DNA of 64,000 nt, from NCBI RefSeq assembly GCF_021869535.1, contig NW_026262604.1, forward strand, positions 21,390,001-21,454,000. The letters are read 5' to 3'. The notes below the pieces were generated by a model that was given only the letters and a program-made list of their open reading frames with translations, ran no database searches and was not told where the DNA came from. Both the position numbers and the translations under genes were made by a program. Origin of the DNA: Mytilus californianus (lineage: Eukaryota). Positions 1 to 11,510 of this stretch are shown piece after piece. The first letter of the stretch is position 1, and each line of letters begins with the position of its first letter.

Positions 1-420
1 ATGATTTTGATTTACTGATAGCAAAATCAGTATCTATACCAATATTCAAAGTTCTAATTATAGTGTTGAATAGGTAACATTTTAGAATAAGTTTATTTAA
101 AGGATTGCTAAGTTTTCCCTGATCGTATATAAATTTCGGGACTCGGTAAACAACATCACCGTAAATTGTAGGATGTGCTATTCCGTCTGAAATAAGTTTT
201 TTACAGGTACAGCCAAACTTGTAAACCAATTCTTTGTATCTATGAAATAATTTAGTAAAGGTTTTAAGGAATTTGTGGTTTAACACCTCCAATAAGTATA
301 TCTAGAATATTTACCTTTCTCGTTTGAGATAAAAGGCTTTATAAGTGTAGTATAAAGAGTGGAAAAGTCACTGTCGACCGATTTAAATGAAATTTAAAAA
401 CACCAAAAGTCATTTAATCA
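1..420 (-). mobile_element. Decayed, internally deleted RT fragment of a Naiad-type Penelope-like element
   Basis: Minus strand reads DFSTLYTTL at ~343-369, joined almost directly to the RT C-terminal segment. Bases 1-290 align closely by eye with 63125-63410, in the same orientation. Confidence 0.75.
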
Positions 421-739
421 CATCTATTTATTATTTTAGAGTAAGGAATGTATCCCTGCTTTTTTTATACCTTCTGTCCTTTTTTGTTTATAAGCTCTTC
501 ATTGTTTTACAATGTTTTAGTAATTTTTCGATTTTCAAATATATTGGCCTCTAGCATTACTGAAAAGATGTAAATTGTCGAATTGCGCATCTGGTGCAGA
601 AAAACTGGTACCGGTAATGTTTTTACTATTGACATCAACATTTATAACAGGTTTTGAACTGACGTGTAACCTGAGAGAAGAAGAAACTGCTTACCCGAAA
701 TATCATTAAATGATTTGAATACAAAATCTTAAAACATGA

Positions 740-1342
740 TACGGGTTATGTTCTTCTCATATATTTTATGATGGTATGATACTAAACCCCTAACGGGAGG
801 GATTGTACCTTATTTTCATATGATGAAGACATAATCTTTCAATCAGTTTAATTGAGGTCTGGAGCTGGCATGTCAGTGACTGCTAGTAGTCCTTTGTTAA
901 TTTGTGTATCATTGTCATTTTGCTTAGCTTCTTTTGTTACCCATTCTGACATCGGACTCGGACTTCTTTTAAACTGAGTTTTACTGTGCGTATTGCTATG
1001 TGTTTCTTTATTCTACATTGGCTAAGGTATAGGGGAGGGTTGAGATCTCACAAAACATGTTTAACCCCGCCGCAGTTTTACGCCTGTCCCAAGTCAGGAG
1101 CCTCTGGCCTTTGTTAGTCTTGTACTTTTTTAATTTTAGTTCCTTTATATGTTATAGAGTTTAGTGTGACGTCCATTTTCACTGAACCAGTACACAATTT
1201 GATTTAGGGGCCAGCTGAGGACCCTCTCCCGGTGCGGGATTTTCTCGCTGCGTTAAGACCCATTGGTGGCCTTCGGCTGTTATCTGCTCTTTGGTCGGGT
1301 TGTTGTCTCTTTGACATATTCCCTATTTCCATTCTCAATTAT
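740..1342 (+). repeat. Dispersed repeat, probably the 3' UTR/terminus of a Penelope-like element subfamily
   Basis: Shares GGGGAGGGTTGAG..CTCACAAAACATGTTTAA and GCCTGTCCCAAGTCAGGAG with the 3' UTR at 62390-63120 (minus). Its terminal ~85 bp recur at 2119-2208 (+) and partly at 10378-10430 (-). Confidence 0.7.
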
Positions 1343-2118
1343 ATCAGTACATTTATAGGAACACCCGTGTTTATCCATTAATCAAAAGTATTAGTTATTG
1401 AAATAAGGATCAGTATGAAAAAATAAATATGTACGAATAGAACAAGTAGGTTTTTTTTCTTTTACATTTAAATCAGTTTCAGTACATTGTAATAAATAAG
1501 ATGACATTGCCAATGTATACTTGAATTTAACCATATAAATATACTTGAAAAGAACAAAGTTTAAAAGTTTTTCCTTTATACAACGCATACAAATTTTAAA
1601 ATGTATTGGTAAGGCGCACACCTCCTGTAATAGCATACATATAACCGTTGTTACCATAATAAAAGGGTAACAGAAATATAACAATATTGGAAAAATGAAT
1701 GTTTTAAAAGGTAATGATCTAAGGGAGATAATCATTGAATAAAATTGATAAAAAAAAGTCTGGAAAATGTTCCCTTATATGTTTTTTTTTTGTTCAAAAG
1801 TACTTACACATAATCAACACAAGAATTGATATAATACATGTTATAAGACTTATGATATGACTTTGTTGATTTAGAAAAACAAAGAAACTTTTGTTGTTGT
1901 ACAATAAAGATAATTACATGAAAACATAAAAGAAATCGAAAAAACATACAGGTACTTTGAAAGAGTGTTTCAGTTATTACCTAATAAAACACTTATGCTT
2001 GTACAATATATCACAATGGTTGTGTATAATCAGGTTGCAATCTGCTCTAAAGGTTGACTTTACATTATCTGGACACATATTGAAAACTGTGTCAACTTAT
2101 TATATTACCTCAAACATA

Positions 2119-2208
2119 AAGACCCATTGGTGGCTTTCGACTGTTGTCTGCTCTTTGGTCGGGTTGTTATCTCTTTGACATATTCCCTATTTCCATTCTC
2201 AATTTTAT
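2119..2208 (+). repeat. Terminal fragment of the 740-1342 repeat family
   Basis: GACCCATTGGTGGCTTTCGACTGTTGTCTGCTCTTTGGTCGGGTTG...CCATTCTCAATTTTAT is nearly identical to 1257-1342. Confidence 0.85.
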
Positions 2209-2654
2209 AAAATTAAGATTTTGTTTACAATAATCATGAAGTAGTACATACAATCTAATTCTATTATTTGAGTTATATATATCTTCTTTAAAGACAATTG
2301 TACAGTTCAATATGCACTCGCATGAGTTTATCACTGGGAATATTTGGATAACACAAGGATCATATCCTTTGCTTTCGGGGGAAGGGGGTGGAGGGGTATA
2401 CCTGAGTTTACCCGATTGATCATATTAGCAATAGTCATATCTAATGATATTTATACGTTATTAACAACAATCCATCAATCTAAATAAATAATGACGCAAT
2501 TAATAATGCCGAAAATAATAGCTTATACAAGCAGTCATGTATAAACTCTTCATATATCGTATAAAGTAAGAATCATGTCCTAGAATATTTTTTTCAAATT
2601 ATAAAAAGAAAGAAAGAAAACAATTAAAATGAATGATTCAATTTATACAGATAT

Positions 2655-2788
2655 NNNNNNNNNNNNNNNNNNNNNNNNNNNNNNNNNNNNNNNNNNNNNN
2701 NNNNNNNNNNNNNNNNNNNNNNNNNNNNNNNNNNNNNNNNNNNNNNNNNNNNNNNNNNNNNNNNNNNNNNNNNNNNNNNNNNNNNNNN
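2655..2788. other. Assembly gap (134 N)
   Basis: Run of N. Confidence 1.
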
Positions 2789-3844
2789 ATAGAAATAGAA
2801 CTAGCAGAGTCAGTTCTTGGCTAGAAATGTCCAAACTGTTGTACGGGTTGACCTTCTGGTTTTTGTAGTTTTAAAGGTGTCAGGGGAACTGTTCCCGAGT
2901 CTTTTCTAGAAACATTTCTTTTGACAATTCCTGACATATTTTTTAATAAATGTATTTAAAATGTTTTATGAAGAAAACCTGCAATGGAATTATGAAATTT
3001 GATTTTGTTCGTTTTTGAAACAATGTATTACCAAGTCAGGTAGCTTTTAATTTTGCCATTTGATTAGGGAATTTCCTTTTTGAGTTTTCCTCGGTGTTCA
3101 GTATTTTTGTGATTTTACATTTTACAATAGAAACAATTCAAAACATAGATTGTAACCAGGTACATGGTTTTTTCGCTCTAGTAGCTAAAAAAATATCAAA
3201 ACCCTGAACTGTATTTTTTTACATATTATTACTAAGTAAAGTTAGAGTTATCTTTCTTTAGTTGATCAGTAGAATTCTATTTCAAATTAAAAATAAACAA
3301 CATTTACTTGCCAATTGTCTGAAAATAAATGTAAAAACACTCATTCTCTGAGCATGGTGGTACAAGACTTTAGATGCGGGCTTTTTCTGAACTTTTCATA
3401 GCTAAACTTAAATGATAATAGGAAATATTTGATGTAAGTTAAAATATTAAACTAGAGTCGTTTGTGTGTTGACAAACCACAATTATGTCCAAAATAAGTA
3501 GAACAAAACCACAACATGATGTATTTTTTATCAACCTTGGAAGTTAAGTAGAACAAAAATTCGGATGTTAAAAAATAGTTGTCGATTTGTAAAAAAAATT
3601 AAACAAATCAAACTCTTTTTAGGATATTTCTCAAAAGATTGCATATCACTATGCAATGATGTTATTTCAGCACATCCTTTACCTTGAAAAAGAGGGAAAT
3701 TCGACACATATATCTCACTTAGAATTTCTATAGACATGTATTATATGTTGATAAATAACATTAAACACTATATAAGGAAAACAAAAAATTGATGTGTAAT
3801 TGTTTGTGTATGGTTGCTCGCTGTTTGTTTTGTTCACATATTGT

Positions 3845-4075
3845 TGTTAATATGATAGAATTTGATGCGACTGTCATACAAGTGAGAGGTTTAGCTAGCT
3901 ATAAAACCAGGTTTAATTCACCATTTTCTACATAAAGGAAATGCCTGTATCAAGTCAGGAATATGACAATTGTGTTCCATTCGTTCAATGTGTTTGCGCT
4001 CTTCATTTTGACATTTTTTAAGGGACATTCCGTTTTGAATTTTTATTGGAGTTCGGTATTTTTGTTATTTTTACG
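3845..4075 (+). repeat. Dispersed ~230-bp repeat family (TGCCTGTAYCAAGTCAGGA core)
   Basis: Full copy here. Reverse copy at 57018-57228; partial copies at 3030-3122, 23393-23418 and 38668-38732. Confidence 0.8.
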
Positions 4076-4399
4076 ATATGAAGAGGATAAGATAATCGTA
4101 CTCAATAAATGGAATGTTCATGAAAAGTGTGAAATTATCAATGATATAAAAAGAGAAAATAAAATATATCATATAAGGCAATAGACAAATAAAACCAATA
4201 AAAAAATAAAATGAGTTGGAGAAGTATCTTTACTTACTTGACTTGTGATCTTTCGTGAACCATTAGATTATACTACAGTTCGAGCATTGATAGTACTTGT
4301 TCGTTCTTGTATTATCTCGTTTTTGTCATTTAATTCTTATCAAACTGACTTCTTCTTAGAACAAAGGTTTGCACTACGAATATTTAAGAAACATTTATT

Positions 4400-4490
4400 T
4401 TGGAGAAGATTTGTAAATTCTATTTCATTTGGTCTCTGGTAGACAGTTGTCTCATCGGCAATTATACCACATCTTCTTATTTTTATATTT
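4400..4490 (+). repeat. Short dispersed terminal fragment (GTTGTCTCATYGGCAATYATACCACATCTTCTT)
   Basis: Same motif at 10595-10620 (+), 18505-18615 (-), 34860-34920 (-), and as the end of the long copy at 62390-62440 (-). Confidence 0.75.
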
Positions 4491-5840
4491 ACACTATAAA
4501 TAATTTGAAGACAGTAAGAACTTTGAACTGATGAATACTTTGTAATTTGTCTGCGTCTGTCATGTCTTCTAAATGTTCAATGAAAAAAATCAACCAGTCC
4601 CTTAGTAATATGCTTCCAAATGCAATCAAAGGAAGAAAACTGTAAGAGATTTAATCGAAACAAATTTAAAATGAATGTGATATTAATATAATAATAATTG
4701 TTCAATTAACCTCAATTAACGTACATACAGAAAGTCATTGTTATAAATATCGACTGGTAATTTCAATGCAAACGCAATATCCACAGACTAATAAAAGCTT
4801 ATCAAAGATACCAGGCTTACAATGTGGTAAATCCGACTTGCGGTTTGGCTACATCAGATTCAGAAGTTGCGCTCGAATTAAAATATGAAGGTCAAAGTCA
4901 AATAGCATTACAAATCAAAAATCCAGAACGTTGTGCCAAATGTTATCCAGGCAATATATGCCTTTTGGTTCAAACACCTTAAATTAAAAAAAATTCAACA
5001 TCTTCTAAAAGGTTAATTCACAAGAGACAAACATTTTAAGTATGGATGGGACCTTGCCGTTCAAGACATCAAAGATCGTTCAAATTCGAAGGTCCTTGGC
5101 ACATTTACATATTAGGATAAGTGTTACCTAAATATTTTGTCAGATTTATTTTAATTAAACTACAATTGATTAAAAATTTATATTTTTAAAACAAATGTAT
5201 TATTGAAATCATGGAAGAAACAAGCACATTATTTTTGCAAATGATCTTTTATAGAATAGATAAAATCTTTCGACAATTATCTCCCTTTGATCAATCACAG
5301 CTGCAATGATTTTATATTATTTTGTTATGTATTTGCATGTTTTGATTTTATTGTATTTGAGTAGATGAGTGAATAGATTAGTCTTTGAAAAATAATCGTT
5401 CTGTTATTTTTTTTAAACTAAAATAAAAGAAATTATGGTTAGACCCTGTTTTAGCCACTTGAATTCGACAATACCATAATTGTAGATCTTCCAATCTCTT
5501 AAATAGTATTTTGAGTGGCATGGTATCATCCAAACTGTTAAAATGTTCGTTTCCTGTAAATAAACTTTTATAAAATGTTGAATTATTTGAAACATAAAAG
5601 GCTTTGACCCTCAAAGCAGATATCTTAGATATTCAAATAACACTAGTCTTTTAGACATAAATATTCAAGGTTTTTGATTGAGCTTTCTTTTTAACATTAA
5701 GACTTCAAACTTGATGTAATTAGTTGCATGGCTGCAAAGCGATAACAAGTGTCATTTTAACGTATTGTCTTTCAGTTACGCCTTGGCTAATAAATCATTT
5801 TTCCCGACCCTATTATTAAAATGGCCATACACAATACCTC

Positions 5841-7506
5841 TAAAAGAGGGACGAAAGATACCAGAGGGACAGTCAAACTCATAGATCGAAAACAAACTGA
5901 CAACGCCATGGCCAAAAATAAAAAGACAAACAGACAAATAAAAGTACAGATGACACAACATAGAAAACTAAAGACAAAGCAACACGAACCCCTTCAAAAA
6001 CTGGGGGTGATCTCAGGTGCTCCGGAAGGGTAAGCAGATCCTGCTCCACATGTGGCACCCGTCGTGTTGCTTATGTTATTACAAATACGGTAAATAGTCT
6101 AATTCGGTAAATCACATTCGTGAAAAGGGAAGGGCATTGTAGTTACGACATAAGGAACATATCCGATATCATCTGTGAAACGGTTATTCCATAACCGTCA
6201 ACCAACTCGTGATGGCGTCCGTAAAATTTACGAAGGGATGATTTCAACTTCACCATTTGGAACTCTTGGCTTAATAGCTTCCATGTGAGCAGCAATCCTC
6301 TATCAAGGAAATCATGATAGGAAGCACAAGCCCGGGAATATCATATCAATTGGGAGATATATACTCCGTATGCAGGCGCTGCTGGAATGTTGCTACATAG
6401 AAATGGAAAGTTCACAATTGGGAAGCTGAAATCATCTCTTTTGTCGTAAAGTTTTGTTTTCAACCGACCCTCATTGTCAATTTCTTGATGTAAGTCAAGA
6501 TATGAGGCAGACTTAACTGTTTCTGTAGTATCCTTTATCTCTAGTTCGATGGGATAGATTCGTTCAACATAGTCACCAAATTTTGTATTATTTAGTGAGA
6601 GAACATCATCTACATAGCGGAACGTAGAGTTAAAGGATATTGCTAACTTCTTATCATTCTTCCTAAGAAGTTCCTGTATGAAGTCAGCCTCATAATAATA
6701 AAGAAACAAGTCGGCAAGAAGAGGGGCACAATTGGTTCCCATTGGAATTGCGACAGTATGTTGAAAAACACGTCCTCCAAACGTAACAAATATGTTGTCA
6801 ATCAAGAAATCAAGCATCTTGATAATGTCAGTTTCAGAGAATTTTTTGTTTGAATCAGAGTGATTCTTTACAAAGTAGGATTTATCCCTCTCCAAGACAA
6901 GATACTTGTATCTACGTTCGCCATTCTTTTTAATTAAACAAAGTAATACCAACTCTTTCAATTTGTCTTTTAGTTTGGAATGGGGAATACTTGTGTAAAG
7001 TGTAGAAAAGTCAAATGTTTTAATACTATTGCAAGATGAGAGAGTCTTAGATTGAATGTACTCTAAAAGATCTTTGGATTTTTTAGTATCCACCTCTAGA
7101 ATAGGCAGTTTCACAATAACTTTGGAGCCCGGCTTTGATTGCTGATAAAATAGATGTTATAATTTAAAAAAAGGAATCGTGGAGCACTTGGAAGACCCAG
7201 CAATATACCGTTGTTTGTAAGGACATTTATGTAGTTTATGTATCCAATACAGTGATGGAAGATCCAGTTCTTCATCTTTGGTTGAAATTGCAAAGGAACA
7301 TAGAACAGACCTATAATTATCCAGGATTTCCTCTTTGGTAAGTGTCATGAGGGTATATGTTGAGTTTCCAAGTGAATTGTCAATACCTAATTCATTTATC
7401 AAGCAGTTTATGTAATGATATTTACACACAAAAACGATGTTGTTTGGGGCTTTATCTGCGGGGACAACAACATATTTGTCATGGAGGTAGGACAAGTGTT
7501 TTTCAA
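5841..7506 (-). mobile_element. 5'-truncated Naiad-type Penelope-like retroelement (RT plus 3' UTR)
   Basis: RT motifs DFSTLYTSIPH, IPMGTNCAPLLADLFL, FRYVDDVLSL, SASYLDL, YDKRDDFSFPIVNFP in ORF 6341-7114. Upstream RT segment (VVVPADKAPNN, YWIHKLHKCPYKQRYIAGSSKC) in 7157-7495. The frame continues past a premature TGA at 6341-6343 to TAA at 6143-6145. The 3' UTR 5841-6140 matches 28270-28545 and 36710-37007. Confidence 0.92.
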
Positions 7507-9272
7507 CATTTGGGTCTTTAAAAATTGATTTAGCGTGGGTATTGATATGCCATATCTAACATGTCATTGAAAAATGCGACCGATATTTGTGGTCTTTTGT
7601 GTCCATTCATGACACAATATTCATGTTTATTTAAAGGTACAGTATATACGAAGATACGGTCTGATAAATTACCAGTACCCTCTGTATTTGACATGAGATG
7701 TCAGGCATTAATTAGAAATCATAAAACCATGGACTTCTATTGAAGTTAGATAGTGCTACATGAAAGCCAAATATACAGGTGTTCACATTCAAGTATTTAA
7801 TTAACCGCCACCGGTTGACAATTATGTTTTATATTTTGTATCGGTTGAGGAACACAGGCACATTTGATTAATAAGTAAATTTAAGATAGAATAATTAATC
7901 TTATAAGAAATGAAAAAGTATATTTTGCAAAGTTCCAAAAAATGACTTAGAAACTGTACATTTGTAAAAATCAGGTGAAATTAATTAAAGAAAATGACGT
8001 AAAAGCTATCTTCATTTTTATTCTATCAACATGATCAATGTTGATATCAATAACATTATATTATTTACATTATTTAATTTGAATGAAAAGGTTAAGATTA
8101 ACGATGATCTGAAAAATGGCGATACAATAAGGTCAAAAAAAAAAAAATGCGATCGTTTGTTTGGTATTTTGGCAATCCCTGTTTACATTCTTTATATATT
8201 ATGAAAAATAGCTAATGCGCTCATATAAATAATGGAAGTTGAGCATAAACTATTTATTTACTACGTGAAAATGTTACAGTACTGCTTTTCATGTGTAAAT
8301 TGAATACAAAATCAAATATTAAGTATTTGAATTTATCCTGACATATACTTTATTAATTTGATAATTCAAACAGTGAAAAAATATTAATATAATAATTATG
8401 TGACCTTTTATATAAGTTCTTACATATATAAAAAACACATTCTTTATACAGATTGAAAAAAAAAAAAACTGAAACAATATATTGACTGTGGTGCCTGTAC
8501 TTCACTGTATTTTAACAGAGCGTACCCAATCCGACAAACCCTATTCAACAGTTTGATCAATTTAACGAAGGACATCCTTGATCATTGTAATCTGAAATAG
8601 TAACTAGAACAAGAATAAGTAGGTCACATGAAAAAAGATAACATCTTAACCGAGACGTCAAATCGGGGAGACTGGGTTTACAGATGATTGAATATATGGG
8701 TCACGAACACGTGTTTGTTTTGAAGATTTTGATGCGATATTTGAATAAATCCGGTTGCTATATTGTGTAGTGAAATCAAGGAATCATTGTTATGAGAATG
8801 GTAAGAATTAATTCACCTTTATATTTCGCTTTCAATCGGTCGACTTTACAGAAACATTGTTAATCATCTGTGATTTAATTCACTGTGTTGTTGGTAATAC
8901 CAGTGTTTTGTTGTGTATATGGAATACTTTATCTAAATTAAATCCAGTCTTATTATCCCCATTTCACGCATAGTTCTACAACACACCCTTCCCTTACGAA
9001 AAAACCATTACATGTAGATTAAAATAAAATGGTGGATTAACAATTATTTGTTTTGAAATAATGCTATACAGATATTCCAACACTCGCATTACAAACACAA
9101 TAAAGTAAACTGATACATTATTACATTTATGTTTAAAACTAATGGATACTCTTGTGCATTGAACACATTTCGATAAGATTTTTAAAAAGACAATAGACCT
9201 GCTTAATGTTTTTTAAAAAGCGTGATGTGTCTTTATTTCTTACCAATATGCATCTTACCGTCTATTTTGTAG

Positions 9273-9486
9273 GACCTTCGCATTCCATTCGGAAAGACTT
9301 TACCACTAGCAGCATCCGAAGATTATCATGCATACCCCAGTCGTAAATTAAAAGAAGAAGTCGATGGTTCTATCACACCCAGACGTGGCAAAACAATAGC
9401 TGATAAGTGGATATCAGACATGAAAATTGGTCATACAGTTCCCATTTTTGATGAAACCACAAACATTGTTGATATTTCAAGTAATC
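9273..9486 (+). CDS. Candidate host coding exon, product unknown
   Basis: Acceptor TCTATTTTGTAG|GAC. Open frame DLRIPFGKTLPLAASEDYHAYPSRKLKEEVDGSITPRRGKTIADKWISDMKIGHTVPIFDETTNIVDISSN, more GC-rich than its flanks. Possible donors at 9481 (GTAATC) and 9487 (GTAAGA). Partner exons not identified. Confidence 0.4.
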
Positions 9487-10859
9487 GTAAGATGATAATT
9501 ATGTGTGCCAGATATAATAAATTGATGGCAAATTTTACAGATTAAAAAAGTCATTAAGAATATGTGTTCTGAAATGATAAGTGAAATGAAAGCTGAAACT
9601 GTTTTCTTTGAGAAAACTGTTCTGCTGAATTGTACATTTTGTTACAACTGAACATAACGAACAATATTGAACAAGATCAAAGAAGAAGAAAAATTACGTA
9701 TTAGATAATGAAAAGAATCATTATAATTGTTTTATTTAATCACTCAACTTATAATAACTGAGGAAATACAAACGATTGAATTAATAACTGATTATTCTGT
9801 TGATACTTAAGGGGTTATCTCAAATAATGGAATCATTCGTTTTACATATAATTGTTTAAGATTTTAATAGAATGAAATACTATTTTCGGCTCTCAGTTTT
9901 TAATGATCGCATCATATTAATATTTTGGAAGTAAGTGAATGAGATTGATAAGCTTTATTGAAAAAAAAATCTGTAAAGTATTTTTCTATTTGCTAGTGAA
10001 ACATGGATAAATATTGTGTTCATTCAAATATTCAAAATAAAGAAACCTTGAAGCATGGTAATGTTATATATAATTGGATTCAGACAGATTTTATGCTGTG
10101 ATAATCAAAGAAACAAGGAATTTCTATGCTAAAAACAAACTCATTCGAAAAATACAAATGTGTTATTCCACAGACAACACTAGTTGACAAATACATTAAA
10201 AAAAACTGTTGGTTCTAAAATACACATTACAATTTTGGATATTAAAGTTCTTAACAATAAATGTGCTTTTCATTTGACTTTTTAAGAATTTCTATTGTTG
10301 GAAGATCTTTGTAAGTATATATAGTTTCATGTACAACTAGTCAATGTTTGTTGTTGGTAGCTGTCTGCCATAACAAATTTTATAAAATTGAGAATGGAAA
10401 CGGGGAATGTGTCAAAGAGACAACAACCCTTCCAACGAGTTTATTGTTTTCAGCTTAATTCATGCTATTGGTTTTGCGTTTTAATTTTCTCAAAATAAGC
10501 ATATTTCAATGTATGGTATGGGTGTTGTTCATTGTTGAAGACCGGACGCTGATATGTTTCTGTAAAAAAATCTCATTCTTTGGTCTTTTGTAAAAAGTTG
10601 TCTCACTGGTAATCACATCTAAATAGTTTAACAAACATGTAGTCTGATGGTGAAGTACATCTTTTTGTATGATTTAAATTAAGGCAAAGCAGTTTATCGA
10701 TCTTAAAATAGACAAATCTAAGTAACAAACTATAGGTGATTCATCGTATCTACTAAAAACAAAGCTAGAATGTTACATCGGCCAGGTCAGCATCACCCTC
10801 AATGATAATACACACTCAGTCAAAATGTTCAAGTCGGATATGGGACCCAATCGGTAAAA

Positions 10860-11510
10860 TTGCAGACGACTATACTAGTATCTTCAGATTCAAGGCCACG
10901 AAAACATGTGAGTTAGGACGACACAAACACATCGTATCGGTCAACCAATTCGTGATGGGGACCGTTAATCTTATGAAGTGTCGCTGGATATTTTCCTTAT
11001 TACTCTGCTTGCATACTTTTTATGTAAAGAGCGTACCCTGTTGACGAAGTCTGCATTATGTGAACATGCACGAGCGTAACGTATTACATGAAATATGTAA
11101 ACGCATCAAAACAGAACATAGGGTATGTTACTACTGCGAAATGGGAAGATTACAATTTGAAAATTTAAATCATCACAGTTGTCATAAATTCTAGTTTAAA
11201 GTCCTCAGTCGGTGTCAATATCGAGACAAAAAGATCAAGATATGAATCAGACTTATTATCTTAGTAGTATCCTTACTATTAAGTTCTATAAGATGTAACC
11301 ACTCGTTAACATGGGGTTAATTGAGTGACGGGATATATTCAATAAAAGTGAAATAAAAGATCTTTGCAAGATGATTTTTCTTTTGGTCATTGATTGGGAA
11401 GGTTCCGCATGAATCTACTTCATATGAGTACAAAAACAAGTCAGCCAGTAGTAAGGCACAACTCGTACCAATTCGAACACCGACGTTCACTTATCACATG
11501 ATGACCATAT
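10860..11510 (-). mobile_element. Highly decayed Naiad-type RT remnant
   Basis: Minus strand reads VGVRIGTSCALLLADLFLYSYEVD (~11410-11485), SYLDL...IYDNCDDLNFQIVIFPFRSSNIP (~11120-11250, frameshifted) and a degenerate HHELVDRY-like segment (~10930-10960). Confidence 0.7.

Noticed and set aside
1391-1735. 114-aa minus-strand ORF with several Cys
   Set aside because: No recognisable motif or splice context. By rough estimate, about one ORF of this length is expected by chance in six frames of 64 kb.
2629-2868. ORFs spanning N-runs (also 24249-24648 and 54169-54495)
   Set aside because: Artefacts of translating through gaps.
6341-6343. In-frame TGA as possible selenocysteine (some Naiads encode selenoproteins)
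   Set aside because: The homologous codon is CGA (Arg) in the 36480 copy and an Arg codon in the 63380 ORF. CpG decay explains it.
7561-8620. Exon-like segments at ~7637 and ~8519
   Set aside because: Acceptor-like sites exist, but all frames close within about 35 codons and no consistent gene model emerged.
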